46,760 nt of DNA from Promethearchaeota archaeon. GTDB taxonomy: Archaea; Asgardarchaeota; Lokiarchaeia; Sigyniarchaeales; SOKP01. Below the pieces are notes generated by a model that was given only the letters and a program-made list of their open reading frames with translations, did no database searches and was not told the origin of the DNA. Location: assembly GCA_048940925.1 (NCBI GenBank), contig JBHLOC010000037.1, positions 1-46,760 on the forward strand, given 5' to 3'. Below are positions 36,439 through 46,760 of the stretch, in pieces. Each line of letters begins with the position of its first letter. Position 1 is the first letter of the stretch. The position numbers were made by a program, and so were the translations under genes.

Positions 36439-37159
36439 GATCTATCCCTCCTGAAATTATATTTATATCAGAATCAATTAAATTTCCCTTTTGTTTTTGA
36501 ATCTGTTCTAATAATAATCTTGGATTTAGACCGAAAGCTTTTTTTGCAATTTCTAGTGGAATTCCTAAAAGTGCATTACAAATGCTTATTAAAGCTCTAG
36601 GATGGCGATAATCAAATTTATTATAAAAATTTCCACTTATGATAAATTTAGCTTTTAATTTAATTGCTAATTGAGTATATTTATATAAATTTCTAAGATT
36701 TTTAGATTGGATCTTCTTATCACTAACCATAATAGGCGCTAAAGAGAATTCTATAAATGATTTATTTTGTTTAGACAAGGAAATAATCCCTATAGAAAGT
36801 TTTTTTATTATTTCAGGGTCAGAAAAAGAGATAATTCCTACTCTTGAATCTTTAGCAGCATGTAATAGTACTTCTCTATTTAATGATTCAACTGATATAA
36901 CATCAGAAAAATTATTATAATTAATTATTTCTTTTTTAAAAGTACTAATGTCTGTTATTTTCAAATTAAGTCGATAAAAAATGTTTATTTTTGTCTGTTT
37001 TTCTATTGCATTCTTAATCTCTAGTGGAACCTCTTTAACATGATTTGTAGGCTCTATAATTACATTCTTTATACCTAATTTCTCACAAAAATTTAAACAA
37101 CTTTGGATTTTTTTAAAATTTTCAATATTTATTGGTAATCTGGATTCAAAATACGACAA
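36431..37159 (-). CDS. rnp3: RNase P protein component 3 (Rpp30)
   Basis: IEFS..P, FIISG......YRHPR, NP; TTG start with SD GAGGT. Confidence 0.88.
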   Translation of the reverse strand: MSYFESRLPINIENFKKIQSCLNFCEKLGIKNVIIEPTNHVKEVPLEIKNAIEKQTKINIFYRLNLKITDISTFKKEIINYNNFSDVISVESLNREVLLHAAKDSRVGIISFSDPEIIKKLSIGIISLSKQNKSFIEFSLAPIMVSDKKIQSKNLRNLYKYTQLAIKLKAKFIISGNFYNKFDYRHPRALISICNALLGIPLEIAKKAFGLNPRLLLEQIQKQKGNLIDSDINIISGGIDHS

Positions 37160-37285
37160 AGAGATAAATACCTCTTAACTTTTGCTCTATATTATATAAT
37201 TATCCTAAGATATCTAAAAATAAAAAAATTTTATTATAAATAAATATTAAAAAGGTTAGTTTTTTAAAAAAAGTGAGGGTTTCAA

Positions 37286-38575
37286 GTGAATAAAAAAAGA
37301 AAACTCTCCGAAATAAGAAAAAAAATAGAAAAAAGTACTGCTGTTGTTTTGACAGCCCAAGAACTAATAGATCGTATAAGTGATGGTGAAAAATTTCAAT
37401 TTGAAGATATAGATATCATTACAACTGCTACAAAAGGACTTATGAGTGGAATAATGGGGATATTTTCTTTCCGACTTTCCCCTCCAAAAACTGTGAGAAA
37501 GTTTATAGAAGTTGATATAAATGGGATACCTTCCTTTCCTGGACCGTGCCCAAATGAATATTTAGGAATAGTAGATTTAATTATATATGGAACAGTTCAA
37601 AGCAAGACAATTGAGAATTATTGTGGGGGGACACTCTTTAGAGATATTATTGAAGGAAGATCTTTAGAAATTGTTGCAATAAGTTCTGAGGGTGAGAATA
37701 TTAAAAAAGAAATGACAATAGAAGATATGCAATTTGCTAAGTTGATGGGAACAAGGCAAGCTATTAAAAATTACAATGCAATGATTAATTGTGAATCATA
37801 TAAAGTAGATACAATATTCTCATGTCTGCCCTTTAAACCTAATAAAACAGAGATCACATTTTCAGGTTGTGGAGCATTAAATCCTTTCCAAAATGATCCC
37901 AATTTTGATACTTTTGGTGTTGGATCCCCCATACTAGTTAATGGTAATATTGGATATATTATAGGACCTGGTACTAGAAATTACATAGCAAAACCAAATA
38001 TGATGGCAATAGCTCCAATGTTGGGTATGAAACCAGAATATATGGGTGCATTTAAGACTTCCTATGGATTAGAACCAATTTGCAGTATTGCTGTTCCTAT
38101 TCCAATTCTGAATGATAAAATATTTAAAAATCTCGCAAAATCTGATAATGAGGTTCCTTTAACTATATTAAGTCTTGTAGGAAGAGAAAAAGTTGGTGAA
38201 ATTACTTATGGTGATGTATGGGATAATAATTTTCTTATTAAATTTGTTCCATCTACTTGCAATAGCTGTAAAGAATGTAATGTCATAGGTAAATGCCCTA
38301 CAAATGCGTTTATTATTAAAAATGGAAAAATCACAGCAATAGATCGTTCTCGTTGTTTTAATTGTGGAAATTGTTCGAGATTATGCCCAGATGCATTTAA
38401 ATTGGATTTAAAATCCATTAGATTTGAAGATCAAGAGATTCCAATTGTTTTAAGACAATCAGATAGATATGGGGCTATATCATTGGCAGATCAATTAAAA
38501 AAAATGATTTTAAGAGGAGAATTTCCATTAAAAAAACCAACAGGCGAATTAGATTTCGCAGAAAATGTAAAATAA
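37286..38575 (+). CDS. Methanogenesis-marker-16-like metalloprotein (COG1900/HcyBio domain plus 2x[4Fe-4S] ferredoxin)
   Basis: AVVLTAQE, DIITTATKGLMSG, GPCPNE, FSGCGALNPFQND, CxxCxxC...CP and CxxCxxCxxxCP, RQSDR. Confidence 0.85.
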   Translation: MNKKRKLSEIRKKIEKSTAVVLTAQELIDRISDGEKFQFEDIDIITTATKGLMSGIMGIFSFRLSPPKTVRKFIEVDINGIPSFPGPCPNEYLGIVDLIIYGTVQSKTIENYCGGTLFRDIIEGRSLEIVAISSEGENIKKEMTIEDMQFAKLMGTRQAIKNYNAMINCESYKVDTIFSCLPFKPNKTEITFSGCGALNPFQNDPNFDTFGVGSPILVNGNIGYIIGPGTRNYIAKPNMMAIAPMLGMKPEYMGAFKTSYGLEPICSIAVPIPILNDKIFKNLAKSDNEVPLTILSLVGREKVGEITYGDVWDNNFLIKFVPSTCNSCKECNVIGKCPTNAFIIKNGKITAIDRSRCFNCGNCSRLCPDAFKLDLKSIRFEDQEIPIVLRQSDRYGAISLADQLKKMILRGEFPLKKPTGELDFAENVK

Positions 38576-38602
38576 TTAATATAATGCATTTTTCGATTTA
38601 AC

Positions 38603-39046
38603 ATGGCTGGTATGAAATTAGAAAAATTTGATCAAATTGGGATAGTTGTCAGAAATATCGAAAAATCTTCTAAATACTTAAGTACTATATTAGACTTTAA
38701 AGATAAGCTAAATTTTGTGGAACAAACTAATACTGTTATATATAAAGGAAAAAAAGTGACGTTTAAAATGAAAAAAATCATGCAAAATTTTGGAGGAAAG
38801 CAATTTGAAGTTATTGAGTTAGAAGAATCGAATGGTGATCATTTATATACTGAATTTCTTAATGAAGGAAAAGAAGGCATACATCATATAGGAATATATA
38901 CAAAAAATTCAGATGAAATTATTGACTATTTTAAAAATGAATATGATATTAGTGTTGTTCAAACTGGAAAGTATGGTAAAGTAAAATTTGATTATTTAGA
39001 TACCAAAGAAGCTTTAGGTTTTTATATAGAATTAATCTCTTTCTAA
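38603..39046 (+). CDS. VOC/glyoxalase superfamily protein (methylmalonyl-CoA epimerase-like)
   Basis: DQIGIVVRNIE, FEVIE, EGIHHIG, YLDT...G..IEL. Confidence 0.88.
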   Translation: MAGMKLEKFDQIGIVVRNIEKSSKYLSTILDFKDKLNFVEQTNTVIYKGKKVTFKMKKIMQNFGGKQFEVIELEESNGDHLYTEFLNEGKEGIHHIGIYTKNSDEIIDYFKNEYDISVVQTGKYGKVKFDYLDTKEALGFYIELISF

Positions 39047-39123
39047 TAACTAATAATCTTATTTTCATTTTTATCGTTTCTGATTTAACAAAATTTATTT
39101 TTCATTCATAATAACATCTTACT

Positions 39124-40860
39124 ATGACAAAACAAATTCTTGATGGTGGCGATTTAGTTGTTAAATGCCTTTTAAAGGAAAGTATAACCAAGATCTTTGG
39201 TATAGTTGGTGGAGAATTATTAAGAATCTATGATGCTATTGAACGCTGGGGAAGGGAAGAAGGAATTGATACTGTAATGACAAGGCATGAACAATCTGCA
39301 GGGCATATGGCAGATGCATGGGCACGTGCTACAGGTGAAATTGGAGTATGTATGGGTACTGCTGGACCGGGTGTAACTCATTTAATACCAGCTGTTGCTG
39401 CTGCTAATGCCGATTCAATACCATTGTTAGTTATTGGTGCTCAAATTGCGAGAATGTTTGACGATATAGGTATTTTACAAGGAGGACTTGATCAAGTTTC
39501 TTTAATGAAGCCAATAACTAAATTACAAATTTCTGTAGAAGAACCATATGAGATACCTCATGCAATACACAGATGCATTAAAACAGCCATGTCAGGGAGA
39601 AAAGGTCCAGTTTTTCTTGAATTAAGAGAAACAGCGCTAGTTAGAAAAGCGAGTGAAAATAATATGGAAAAAATCCTAGATCCGAGTCGATATCGAGCCA
39701 TTTATCGACCAGCAGGGAATCCAGATGAAATAAAAAGAGCGATTAATGTTTTAAAGACAGCACAAAAACCACTTCTTATAGCAGGAGGTGGTGTAAATGC
39801 TTCTGGTGGTTATAAAGAATTACAAAAATTATCTGAGACCTATGTTATACCCACAGCAACTTCATTTAATGGTGTTGGAACAATTGGAAAAGATAAAAAA
39901 ACCTTTATAGGTTCTAAACTAACTGCTAACGCTTATAGAAAGGCAGCTTCTGAAGCAGATGTAGTTGTATCTCTTGGTTGTAGCTGGAATTACACATTAT
40001 ATTATGGTGCTCCACCGATTTGGAATCAAACCCAAAAGATTATTCAGGTGGATATTGATCCAAAAGAAATCGGTAAAAATAGACCTGTTGATGTGAGTAT
40101 CATTGGAGATGCTAAGCTTGTTATTCAACAATTATTACAAGAAATGGAAGTTAACCTCTCTAAAGAAAAAATTTCGGAATGGTCTGAATGGAATGCTTAT
40201 TTGCAAGAATTTAGAAAACAAGATGATTTACAAATTCACAAAATATTGAAATCAAAAAAGATACCTATGAAACCTCATAGATTAGTTTTTGAGGTATTAG
40301 ATTTTTTTCCTTCTGATACTCAGCTAGTACTTGATGGTGGTGATTTATTTGTTTTCGCAATGGATTTAATTAATCTTAAAAACCGTCCTCCAAGAAGTTT
40401 CTTCCGTTCTGTGTCGATGGGACATTTAGGAACGGGAATTCCATATGCTATAGGTGTTAAGATAGCAAAACCAGATAAATATGTAGTATGCATAACTGGA
40501 GATGGTAGTTTTATGTTTACTGTTCAAGAATTAGAAACCGCTATAAGGTTAAATCTCCCGATAATCGTAATTATTGGAAATAATTGTGCGTGGGGTATGA
40601 TAAAGTCAAATCAGAAACTTAACCTAGCAAAAAGATATTGTGATGTAGATTTTCCCCCAATAGATTATGCAAAAATCGCACGAGGATTTGGATGCTATGG
40701 AGAAAAGATAATTAAACCTGAAGATATAAAACCAGCATTAAGACGTGCTATTGATTCAAAAAAACCATCGGTTATTGATGTTGATATAAGCTTTGAAACT
40801 CCAACAGCAATGAAATTACTTGGTCTTTATAAAAAGAACAAAGGTCTTTTTGGAAAATGA
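39124..40860 (+). CDS. ThDP-dependent enzyme (acetolactate synthase / 2-hydroxyacyl-CoA lyase-like)
   Basis: RHEQSAGHMAD, TAGPG, GPVFL, GDGSF...NN. Confidence 0.9.
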   Translation: MTKQILDGGDLVVKCLLKESITKIFGIVGGELLRIYDAIERWGREEGIDTVMTRHEQSAGHMADAWARATGEIGVCMGTAGPGVTHLIPAVAAANADSIPLLVIGAQIARMFDDIGILQGGLDQVSLMKPITKLQISVEEPYEIPHAIHRCIKTAMSGRKGPVFLELRETALVRKASENNMEKILDPSRYRAIYRPAGNPDEIKRAINVLKTAQKPLLIAGGGVNASGGYKELQKLSETYVIPTATSFNGVGTIGKDKKTFIGSKLTANAYRKAASEADVVVSLGCSWNYTLYYGAPPIWNQTQKIIQVDIDPKEIGKNRPVDVSIIGDAKLVIQQLLQEMEVNLSKEKISEWSEWNAYLQEFRKQDDLQIHKILKSKKIPMKPHRLVFEVLDFFPSDTQLVLDGGDLFVFAMDLINLKNRPPRSFFRSVSMGHLGTGIPYAIGVKIAKPDKYVVCITGDGSFMFTVQELETAIRLNLPIIVIIGNNCAWGMIKSNQKLNLAKRYCDVDFPPIDYAKIARGFGCYGEKIIKPEDIKPALRRAIDSKKPSVIDVDISFETPTAMKLLGLYKKNKGLFGK

Positions 40861-40895
40861 AAATTAGATTATATTAATCTTAAATAGGTAAAAAA

Positions 40896-41693
40896 ATGAA
40901 TAATGAAAAATTTTTAAAAGAAAAGGTAGTGTTAGTTACTGGAGCAGGAAGTGGTTTTGGACGTGAAATGGCAATAAGGTTTGCAAGTGAAGGTGCTAAT
41001 TTAGTATTAAATGATATAAATCTTGAAAGGATTGAAGAAACTCGAAAAATTATTTTAAAATCATATGAAGTTGACGTTTTGCTGGAAAAAGCGGACATAT
41101 CTGACGAAGAACAAGTTATTAAAATAAAAGAGAATGTTTTTAATGTTTTTGATAATGTATTCATAATAGTGAATAATGCCGGTGTAAGGGGGGGTACATC
41201 TTCTCTAAAAACAAAAAGTGAAGATTACGATAGAGTTATGGATGTAAATGTGAAAGGAGCATGGAATATAACAAGGGCTTTTTATAAAAAAATGAAAAAA
41301 CAGAAATATACCCCAGTCGCTGGAAAAATTATTAATATTACATCATGTGCAGGCTCAGAATGCGGGCTAAATCCTATTATCGGCATTTATAGTGTCAGTA
41401 AAGCAGCGCTTATTGCTTTTACTAAACTATGGGCACTTGAATTAGGTCCAAGCAATATAACTGTCAATGCTATATGTCCCGGAATTTTTCTAACACCAAT
41501 GTATAATAATGATGAGAATTTTATTAGGGAATGGATTAAATTAAGAAATATCAAACTTCCGCTTGATAAAATTGGAGAAAGTAAACAAGTTGCTGATGTA
41601 GCTTTATTCTTGGCTTCACCAGCAGCAGATTACATAACAGGACAGAATATTATCCTCGATGGTGGTATGACAATAAGTATTAATAAGCTATAA
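40896..41693 (+). CDS. Short-chain dehydrogenase/reductase
   Basis: TGAGSGFG, NNAG, YSVSK, VNAICPG, ITGQ...DGG. Confidence 0.93.
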   Translation: MNNEKFLKEKVVLVTGAGSGFGREMAIRFASEGANLVLNDINLERIEETRKIILKSYEVDVLLEKADISDEEQVIKIKENVFNVFDNVFIIVNNAGVRGGTSSLKTKSEDYDRVMDVNVKGAWNITRAFYKKMKKQKYTPVAGKIINITSCAGSECGLNPIIGIYSVSKAALIAFTKLWALELGPSNITVNAICPGIFLTPMYNNDENFIREWIKLRNIKLPLDKIGESKQVADVALFLASPAADYITGQNIILDGGMTISINKL

Positions 41694-41873
41694 TGTCTTA
41701 TCTTAAAATTTCTTATTTTTAATTCAAATAACTATTTTTTTTCCTAATCTGTCAACAATGTTATTCTAAAATTTAATTAAACTGATGTATCTTCATTTTT
41801 TTTGAGCAAAATAATCTGGGCTTTAAATTTATATTTTTAAAATTATTTTCACCTAAAATTTAATATTATTCCC

Positions 41874-43145
41874 ATGAGTCTAAGTAAAAAGAAAATATAT
41901 CTAGGATTTTTTATAATTTATTATACAATTAGCATATTTGATGCCCTTTTCATTATTTATATTCCGCTATATTATTTAAACATACTAAGTGTTGATCGTG
42001 TAGAATTGTCTCTTATACAAGGTTTAACATATTTAACTTTACTTGTAACTCCGCTTTTAGGTTTTCTCTATGATAGGTATTTAATCAATGAAATCCAAAG
42101 TAAAATGATTCTTTGTCTTTCTTGTATTATATTATCTATTAGCTTTCTAATTTTTATTTTTTTTAAAGAATTACTATTGTTATATGGAATTTTTATGATT
42201 ATATCTCTTTTCTCTAAATCTTTGATAAGAACAGGGATGAGTAGTCTATTCCTAAATGTAGTTAAAGAGTCAGAGGATATTAAGTTAAATGTAATTTTAT
42301 TGGTTAATACAGCTACAATTGTTGGATATTTAGGAATTTCTTTAATTTTTAATTTAGAAGTATTAAATATTAACTCATTAAGATTTTGGAATACATTTTT
42401 TATCATAGGATGGATTCTTTCCTTACCAATATTTATCATATTCGGAATTTTTGCTAACAAAGTTCAATATTTTAGTCAGACCATAAATATCCAAAATAAA
42501 TCAATAAATAATTTGGAATTCAAACTTAGCAGATATGAGTTTATTTTAATAGGTGTTATTTACTTTTCAAGTATATTAGCAACTTCAGATTTATTAATTT
42601 CATATCCTCTAAGCTCCTGGATTTATGACAAATTCAATGAAACTGGATTTAGAATATATAGTTCTCTTTACTTTATTTTTATTTTATGCTCAATTCTAGG
42701 GCTCTATTTAGCAAATTTTTTATGCAAAAAATATAGGGAAAAAAAAGTAATGGTTATTTTCACTTACATATATTCTATTTTGTTATTACCTATAACAATA
42801 TCTAATTTTCCAATGTTTATGATTATAAATTCTATTCTTTCTGTTATATCATATGTCATTACTGTAGCTTATACTTCTTTAATAACAGAATTTTCTAATA
42901 AAGGTAAATATAGGACATTTAAATATCAATTTCTTCAGACTTCTTCCTCAATGGCATGTATATTTTTTATTCCTTTAGGAACTTTATATTTTGGCACAAT
43001 AACTGTTGAAACATTAATAATTATTTCCAGTATATTAATTGGATTTTCAGGATTTTTTCTGTTATCAACAGTTCCTATTGATAAAATAATAGATCAAAAG
43101 AAAAGAGAGATTATAATAGAAGAAACTATAGATGTAATATCTTAG
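41874..43145 (+). CDS. MFS-type transporter (about 12 TM)
   Basis: About 12 hydrophobic helices, G.LYDRY loop motif. Confidence 0.78.
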   Translation: MSLSKKKIYLGFFIIYYTISIFDALFIIYIPLYYLNILSVDRVELSLIQGLTYLTLLVTPLLGFLYDRYLINEIQSKMILCLSCIILSISFLIFIFFKELLLLYGIFMIISLFSKSLIRTGMSSLFLNVVKESEDIKLNVILLVNTATIVGYLGISLIFNLEVLNINSLRFWNTFFIIGWILSLPIFIIFGIFANKVQYFSQTINIQNKSINNLEFKLSRYEFILIGVIYFSSILATSDLLISYPLSSWIYDKFNETGFRIYSSLYFIFILCSILGLYLANFLCKKYREKKVMVIFTYIYSILLLPITISNFPMFMIINSILSVISYVITVAYTSLITEFSNKGKYRTFKYQFLQTSSSMACIFFIPLGTLYFGTITVETLIIISSILIGFSGFFLLSTVPIDKIIDQKKREIIIEETIDVIS

Positions 43146-43357
43146 TCTGAATTTCACTAAATTAATAAACTAATATTTTAAACTAAATAACTATATTTTA
43201 TCATAGATTAACGATTAATTAATTTTCGAAATTAATTTTAGCTTTTATTCTCATATTAGCTGCAATTTTATTTAATTTTCGTAAACTTTTTTAATTTTAT
43301 GACTTAGAGATCTATATAAATCAATCAAAAATTTGACAATTAAAAAGTGAATAATAA

Positions 43358-44962
43358 ATGGCACAATTATCCGGTGTCCCAATCCTTATATTGAAAGAAG
43401 GGACTGAACGAAAAACTGGAAAAGATGCGCAAAAAAATAATATAGCAGCAGCAAAAGCTGTAGCTGAAGCTGTAAGAACAACCCTTGGACCAAAAGGAAT
43501 GGATAAAATGTTGGTTGACTCATTAGGAGATGTTACAATAACAAATGATGGGGCAACAATTTTAGATACTATAGATGTTGAACATCCTGCTGCCAAAATG
43601 ATTGTTGAGGTTGCTAAAACTCAAGATGAAAAAGTGGGGGATGGAACAACTACTAGTGTTATAATATCAGGAGAATTGTTAAATCTTGCTGTAGAGTTAA
43701 TGGAACAGTCAGTCCATCCAACAATAATATTCAGAGGTTATAGAAAAGCATTAACAAAAAGTAAAGACATATTAAAAGATTTAGCAAAGATGATTGATAT
43801 TAATGACAATGAGACCTTAATAAAAGTTGCTGAAACTTCAATGAATAGCAAACTGATTACCGGTGTAAAAAATCATTTTGCTGACATCGCTGTTAGAGCT
43901 GTGAGTCAAATCAAAGAAACACGTGGTGGAAATATAGTAATTGATTTAGATCAAATTCAAATCATTAAAAAGGAAGGAAAAAGTCTTTTAGACACAACCA
44001 TTATTGACGGAATTATTGTTGATAAAGAAGTAGTTCATCCCATGATGCCCAAGTCGGTAAAAGACGCAAAAATAGCCTTAATAAGCTCTTCACTGGAAGT
44101 TGAAAAAACTGAATTTGATGCAGAAATTAGAGTGCAAACTCCCGATCAAATTAATAAATTTCTGGAAGAAGAAGCGAATATGCTTAGAAAAAGAGTAATA
44201 AAACTAAAAGAAGCTGGAGTTAATGTTGTTTTTTGCCAAAAGGGTGTTGATGATAAAGCACAAAACTTCCTAGCGAAAGAAGATATATTGACTGTTCGAA
44301 GAGTAAAAAGATCTGATATGGAAAAACTTGCGAGAGCCACGAATGCCAAAATGGTAAATAATATTTTTGAGATTTCTTCAGATGATTTAGGAAAAGCAGG
44401 AAAAGTTGAAGAAAAAAAAATTGGAGATGATAATATGATCTTCATCTCAGAGTGCGCAGATCCTAAAGCAGTAAGTATTTTAATAAGGGCAGGTATCGAA
44501 CATGTTGTTGATGAAGCAGAAAGAATGCTAAATGATGCATTATCTGTAGTAAAAGCAGCAATTGAATTACCTTACATCTTACCTGGGGGTGGAGCTTCTG
44601 AAATTGAACTAGCAAAAAGATTGAGAACATATGCGAGAACAATTGGTGGTAGAGAACAACTAGCTATTGAAATTTATGCTAATGCCTTAGAGATAATCCC
44701 TAAAACATTAGTCGAGAATGCGGGATATAATCCTGTAGATTTAATCGTTGAGCTCAGATCGAAGCATGAATCAGAAGAAGGAAATTCTAATGGTATAAAT
44801 ATTGATACTGGTAAGCCAGATGATATGATAAAATTAGGGGTGTTGGAACCTTTATCTGTTTTGACTCAAGCAATTCAATCTGCAACTGAAGTGTCATCAA
44901 TGATCTTAAAAATTGATGATGTTATCGCAGCCTCTACATTATCTAAACCTGGTGAAGAATAA
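43358..44962 (+). CDS. ths: Thermosome (group II chaperonin) subunit
   Basis: [40 protein letters not shown]. Confidence 0.97.
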   Translation: MAQLSGVPILILKEGTERKTGKDAQKNNIAAAKAVAEAVRTTLGPKGMDKMLVDSLGDVTITNDGATILDTIDVEHPAAKMIVEVAKTQDEKVGDGTTTSVIISGELLNLAVELMEQSVHPTIIFRGYRKALTKSKDILKDLAKMIDINDNETLIKVAETSMNSKLITGVKNHFADIAVRAVSQIKETRGGNIVIDLDQIQIIKKEGKSLLDTTIIDGIIVDKEVVHPMMPKSVKDAKIALISSSLEVEKTEFDAEIRVQTPDQINKFLEEEANMLRKRVIKLKEAGVNVVFCQKGVDDKAQNFLAKEDILTVRRVKRSDMEKLARATNAKMVNNIFEISSDDLGKAGKVEEKKIGDDNMIFISECADPKAVSILIRAGIEHVVDEAERMLNDALSVVKAAIELPYILPGGGASEIELAKRLRTYARTIGGREQLAIEIYANALEIIPKTLVENAGYNPVDLIVELRSKHESEEGNSNGINIDTGKPDDMIKLGVLEPLSVLTQAIQSATEVSSMILKIDDVIAASTLSKPGEE

Positions 44963-44982
44963 ATTTTTTTAGACTTTTATTT

Positions 44983-45453
44983 TTATTTTTTTTTAAAATT
45001 GTTTAGATTTTTAAATTGAATACCCCAAGTAAATTTGGAAAGAATCAAATCTGCATAAGTTTTGAATTGTGTTATGAACAAAGCTGCTGCTAACGCTTCA
45101 GCAGAACTTAACTTTTCCCATACGCCATAGTTCGTTGGATTTGCTGCAATTAAGGGAGGCAATTTACGACCATGGAGAAAGTTAGAATTCCATATATTAG
45201 GAAGTTTATTCCAAGAGCAATCTATAACGACTAAACCATATTTCATTATTATTTTTCTATCATTAATTGAAATTACTTTATGAGCAGATGGATTTAATAT
45301 AACAGAATTTCTTAGATTCCCTTTTATTTTAGTTACAATCTTTAAAAGGTTAAATTTTTTTAGTTTAAGTGCTGTACATTTTTTAGGGTCACATTCTTGA
45401 AAATGGAGACAAAAAATGTTAGGTTTTTTTTCTTTTCTAATATCAGTTGGCAT
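44983..45453 (-). CDS. tsr3: 16S rRNA aminocarboxypropyltransferase Tsr3
   Basis: CDPKKCT, IDCSW, LPPLIAANPTNYG, LSSAEA, FTWG. Confidence 0.93.
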   Translation of the reverse strand: MPTDIRKEKKPNIFCLHFQECDPKKCTALKLKKFNLLKIVTKIKGNLRNSVILNPSAHKVISINDRKIIMKYGLVVIDCSWNKLPNIWNSNFLHGRKLPPLIAANPTNYGVWEKLSSAEALAAALFITQFKTYADLILSKFTWGIQFKNLNNFKKK

Positions 45454-45512
45454 TATTAATTTGAAATGAAATCTAATAAGAATTCTTTTTTTAATAATAA
45501 TTATTTAAAAAG

Positions 45513-46523
45513 TCACTCATATTTGGAACTAGTGAGCACATTAATAGATTTTATAAAATTTTCTGTCGTCTTTTCTTCACCAACTATTTGCATAATTGAA
45601 TAGATAATATTTCTGGATTCGCAGATAATAGGTATTCCTCCATATGATAAAGTAAATAACCCAATAAAAGAGATCTCTTCAGTATTTGAAGCATCTTCAA
45701 CTTTTGAGAATTTAATCTTTCCTGAAGGACAAGCAATTATACCATAAAAATTTTCACTATCTTGACCTGAAATTGCGACATAACATAAAAGATCTCCGAT
45801 TGAACTCCCTTCAGATTCTTCCTTCATTTTCTGGAATGCAACATTTGCACTTGCAGAGAAAGCTTCTATAGAAATTGGTAAATTTTGTCCACTTACTTCT
45901 CTTGCATCAAGAGTTAAGCCAGAAGGATTAACCAAGCTATATCTTATAAATATCGGATTCTGAAGAGAGTCTAAAATAGTGCTTATTGCAGGTAGTAAAC
46001 CAGAATCCCCAATAGATTCAGGTGTGTATGATACAAATGGTACTTCTGAACCCATTCCAAAAAGATAAATTGCACTTCGCACTTTTTCACAAAATTCTTC
46101 AATCTCTTTTTCAGATTCATTACCACTTCCGAAAAATTCACCTAATTTTTGTTTTAAAAAATACATCGAAGTAGCTAAATTATCTGCATCTATAGGCCAT
46201 TCTTTACGATAATTATGCACTATTGTTAAAAGAGTTTCATTAATTCTGATTGTTATTAGACATACTTTATCAAAATATGAAAATGAAATAACCTGATGTT
46301 TAATATTCAAATCTTCCCAATTTTCTTCACTAGCTGTAAAAGCTGCTGACGCTAAACTAGTGATTTGATTTGGATTTAACTCAATATCGCTTTTTCTACC
46401 GATTTTTGCAATAGAAAGCCCATTTTGATCACATAAAACTATTAATACTGTACCTTCAGATGCTCGTAAAATAGAAGTTAGATGTTTTATTAGGGATTCT
46501 CTTACACTCATTAAAAAAACCAA
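45513..46523 (-). CDS. Tandem roadblock/LC7-like domain protein
   Basis: Two repeats of hhhxxxGLxh...helix (LCDQNGLSIA...LASAAF; LVNPSGLTLD...ASANVAF). Confidence 0.65.
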   Translation of the reverse strand: MVFLMSVRESLIKHLTSILRASEGTVLIVLCDQNGLSIAKIGRKSDIELNPNQITSLASAAFTASEENWEDLNIKHQVISFSYFDKVCLITIRINETLLTIVHNYRKEWPIDADNLATSMYFLKQKLGEFFGSGNESEKEIEEFCEKVRSAIYLFGMGSEVPFVSYTPESIGDSGLLPAISTILDSLQNPIFIRYSLVNPSGLTLDAREVSGQNLPISIEAFSASANVAFQKMKEESEGSSIGDLLCYVAISGQDSENFYGIIACPSGKIKFSKVEDASNTEEISFIGLFTLSYGGIPIICESRNIIYSIMQIVGEEKTTENFIKSINVLTSSKYE

Positions 46524-46683
46524 AATTACTTTTTCCTAGCTAAATAAAATATTTTTGTGTTATATATTTTAATAAAATTTTATCATTTATTTTAATCGCA
46601 TTAAAAATTGAATATTTTAATAAAAAATTTTTTTATTCTTATATTCTATTAGTACATACTATATTTAAACTTGTTATCAAGAA

Positions 46684-46760
46684 GCGGGAATTGCCAAGTC
46701 TGGTCAAAGGCGGTGGACTTAGAATCCATTCTCGTAGGAGTTCGGGAGTTCAAATCTCCC
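46684..46760 (+). tRNA. tRNA-Leu(TAG), 3' end truncated by the window
   Basis: GCGGGAA-TT-GCC...GGC, anticodon arm GTGGA-CT TAG AA-TCCAT, long variable arm, T arm GGGAG-TTCAAAT-CTCCC. Confidence 0.93.

Noticed and set aside
44900-44962. Thermosome lacking a Gly/Met-rich C-terminal tail
   Set aside because: The tail is variable among group II chaperonin paralogues, so its absence is not informative.
1-46760. CRISPR array, IS element or rRNA gene
   Set aside because: No regularly spaced repeats, transposase motifs or rRNA-like GC-rich segments seen.

Overview
Very AT-rich archaeal chromosomal segment, most likely Asgard (Lokiarchaeia-like). The archaeal call rests on uL3/uL4/uL23, TFB, ABCE1, TgtA, RNase P Pop5/Rpp30, thermosome and Tsr3; the Asgard call rests on roadblock/LC7 proteins and an EMC6/OPTI-like membrane protein. 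Most of the window is housekeeping: translation, tRNA modification, three tRNA genes, trpB2, pyrI and a small catabolic cluster. Main finds from reading the DNA directly: (1) an unannotated 18-aa Trp-rich leader ORF (MNMAKVILFSWQWPWWQQ) upstream of a stand-alone trpB2, enclosed by a long-range stem, which is a candidate ribosome-mediated Trp attenuator in an archaeon; (2) three conserved genes (DUF371, a roadblock protein, Pop5) whose conserved N-termini have no in-frame ATG/GTG/TTG and appear to start at ATA behind SD-like motifs; (3) two tRNAs with non-canonical introns, tRNA-Ile(GAT) at the acceptor/D junction and tRNA-Arg(TCT) in the D-loop; (4) a dispersed Tad/Flp-type pilus system with an ATPase, a Flp-like pilin and a pseudopilin lacking a leader peptide; (5) ABCE1 with a natural Cys-to-Glu change at Fe-S ligand 6. 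All family calls are by motif recognition only; no database searches were run.
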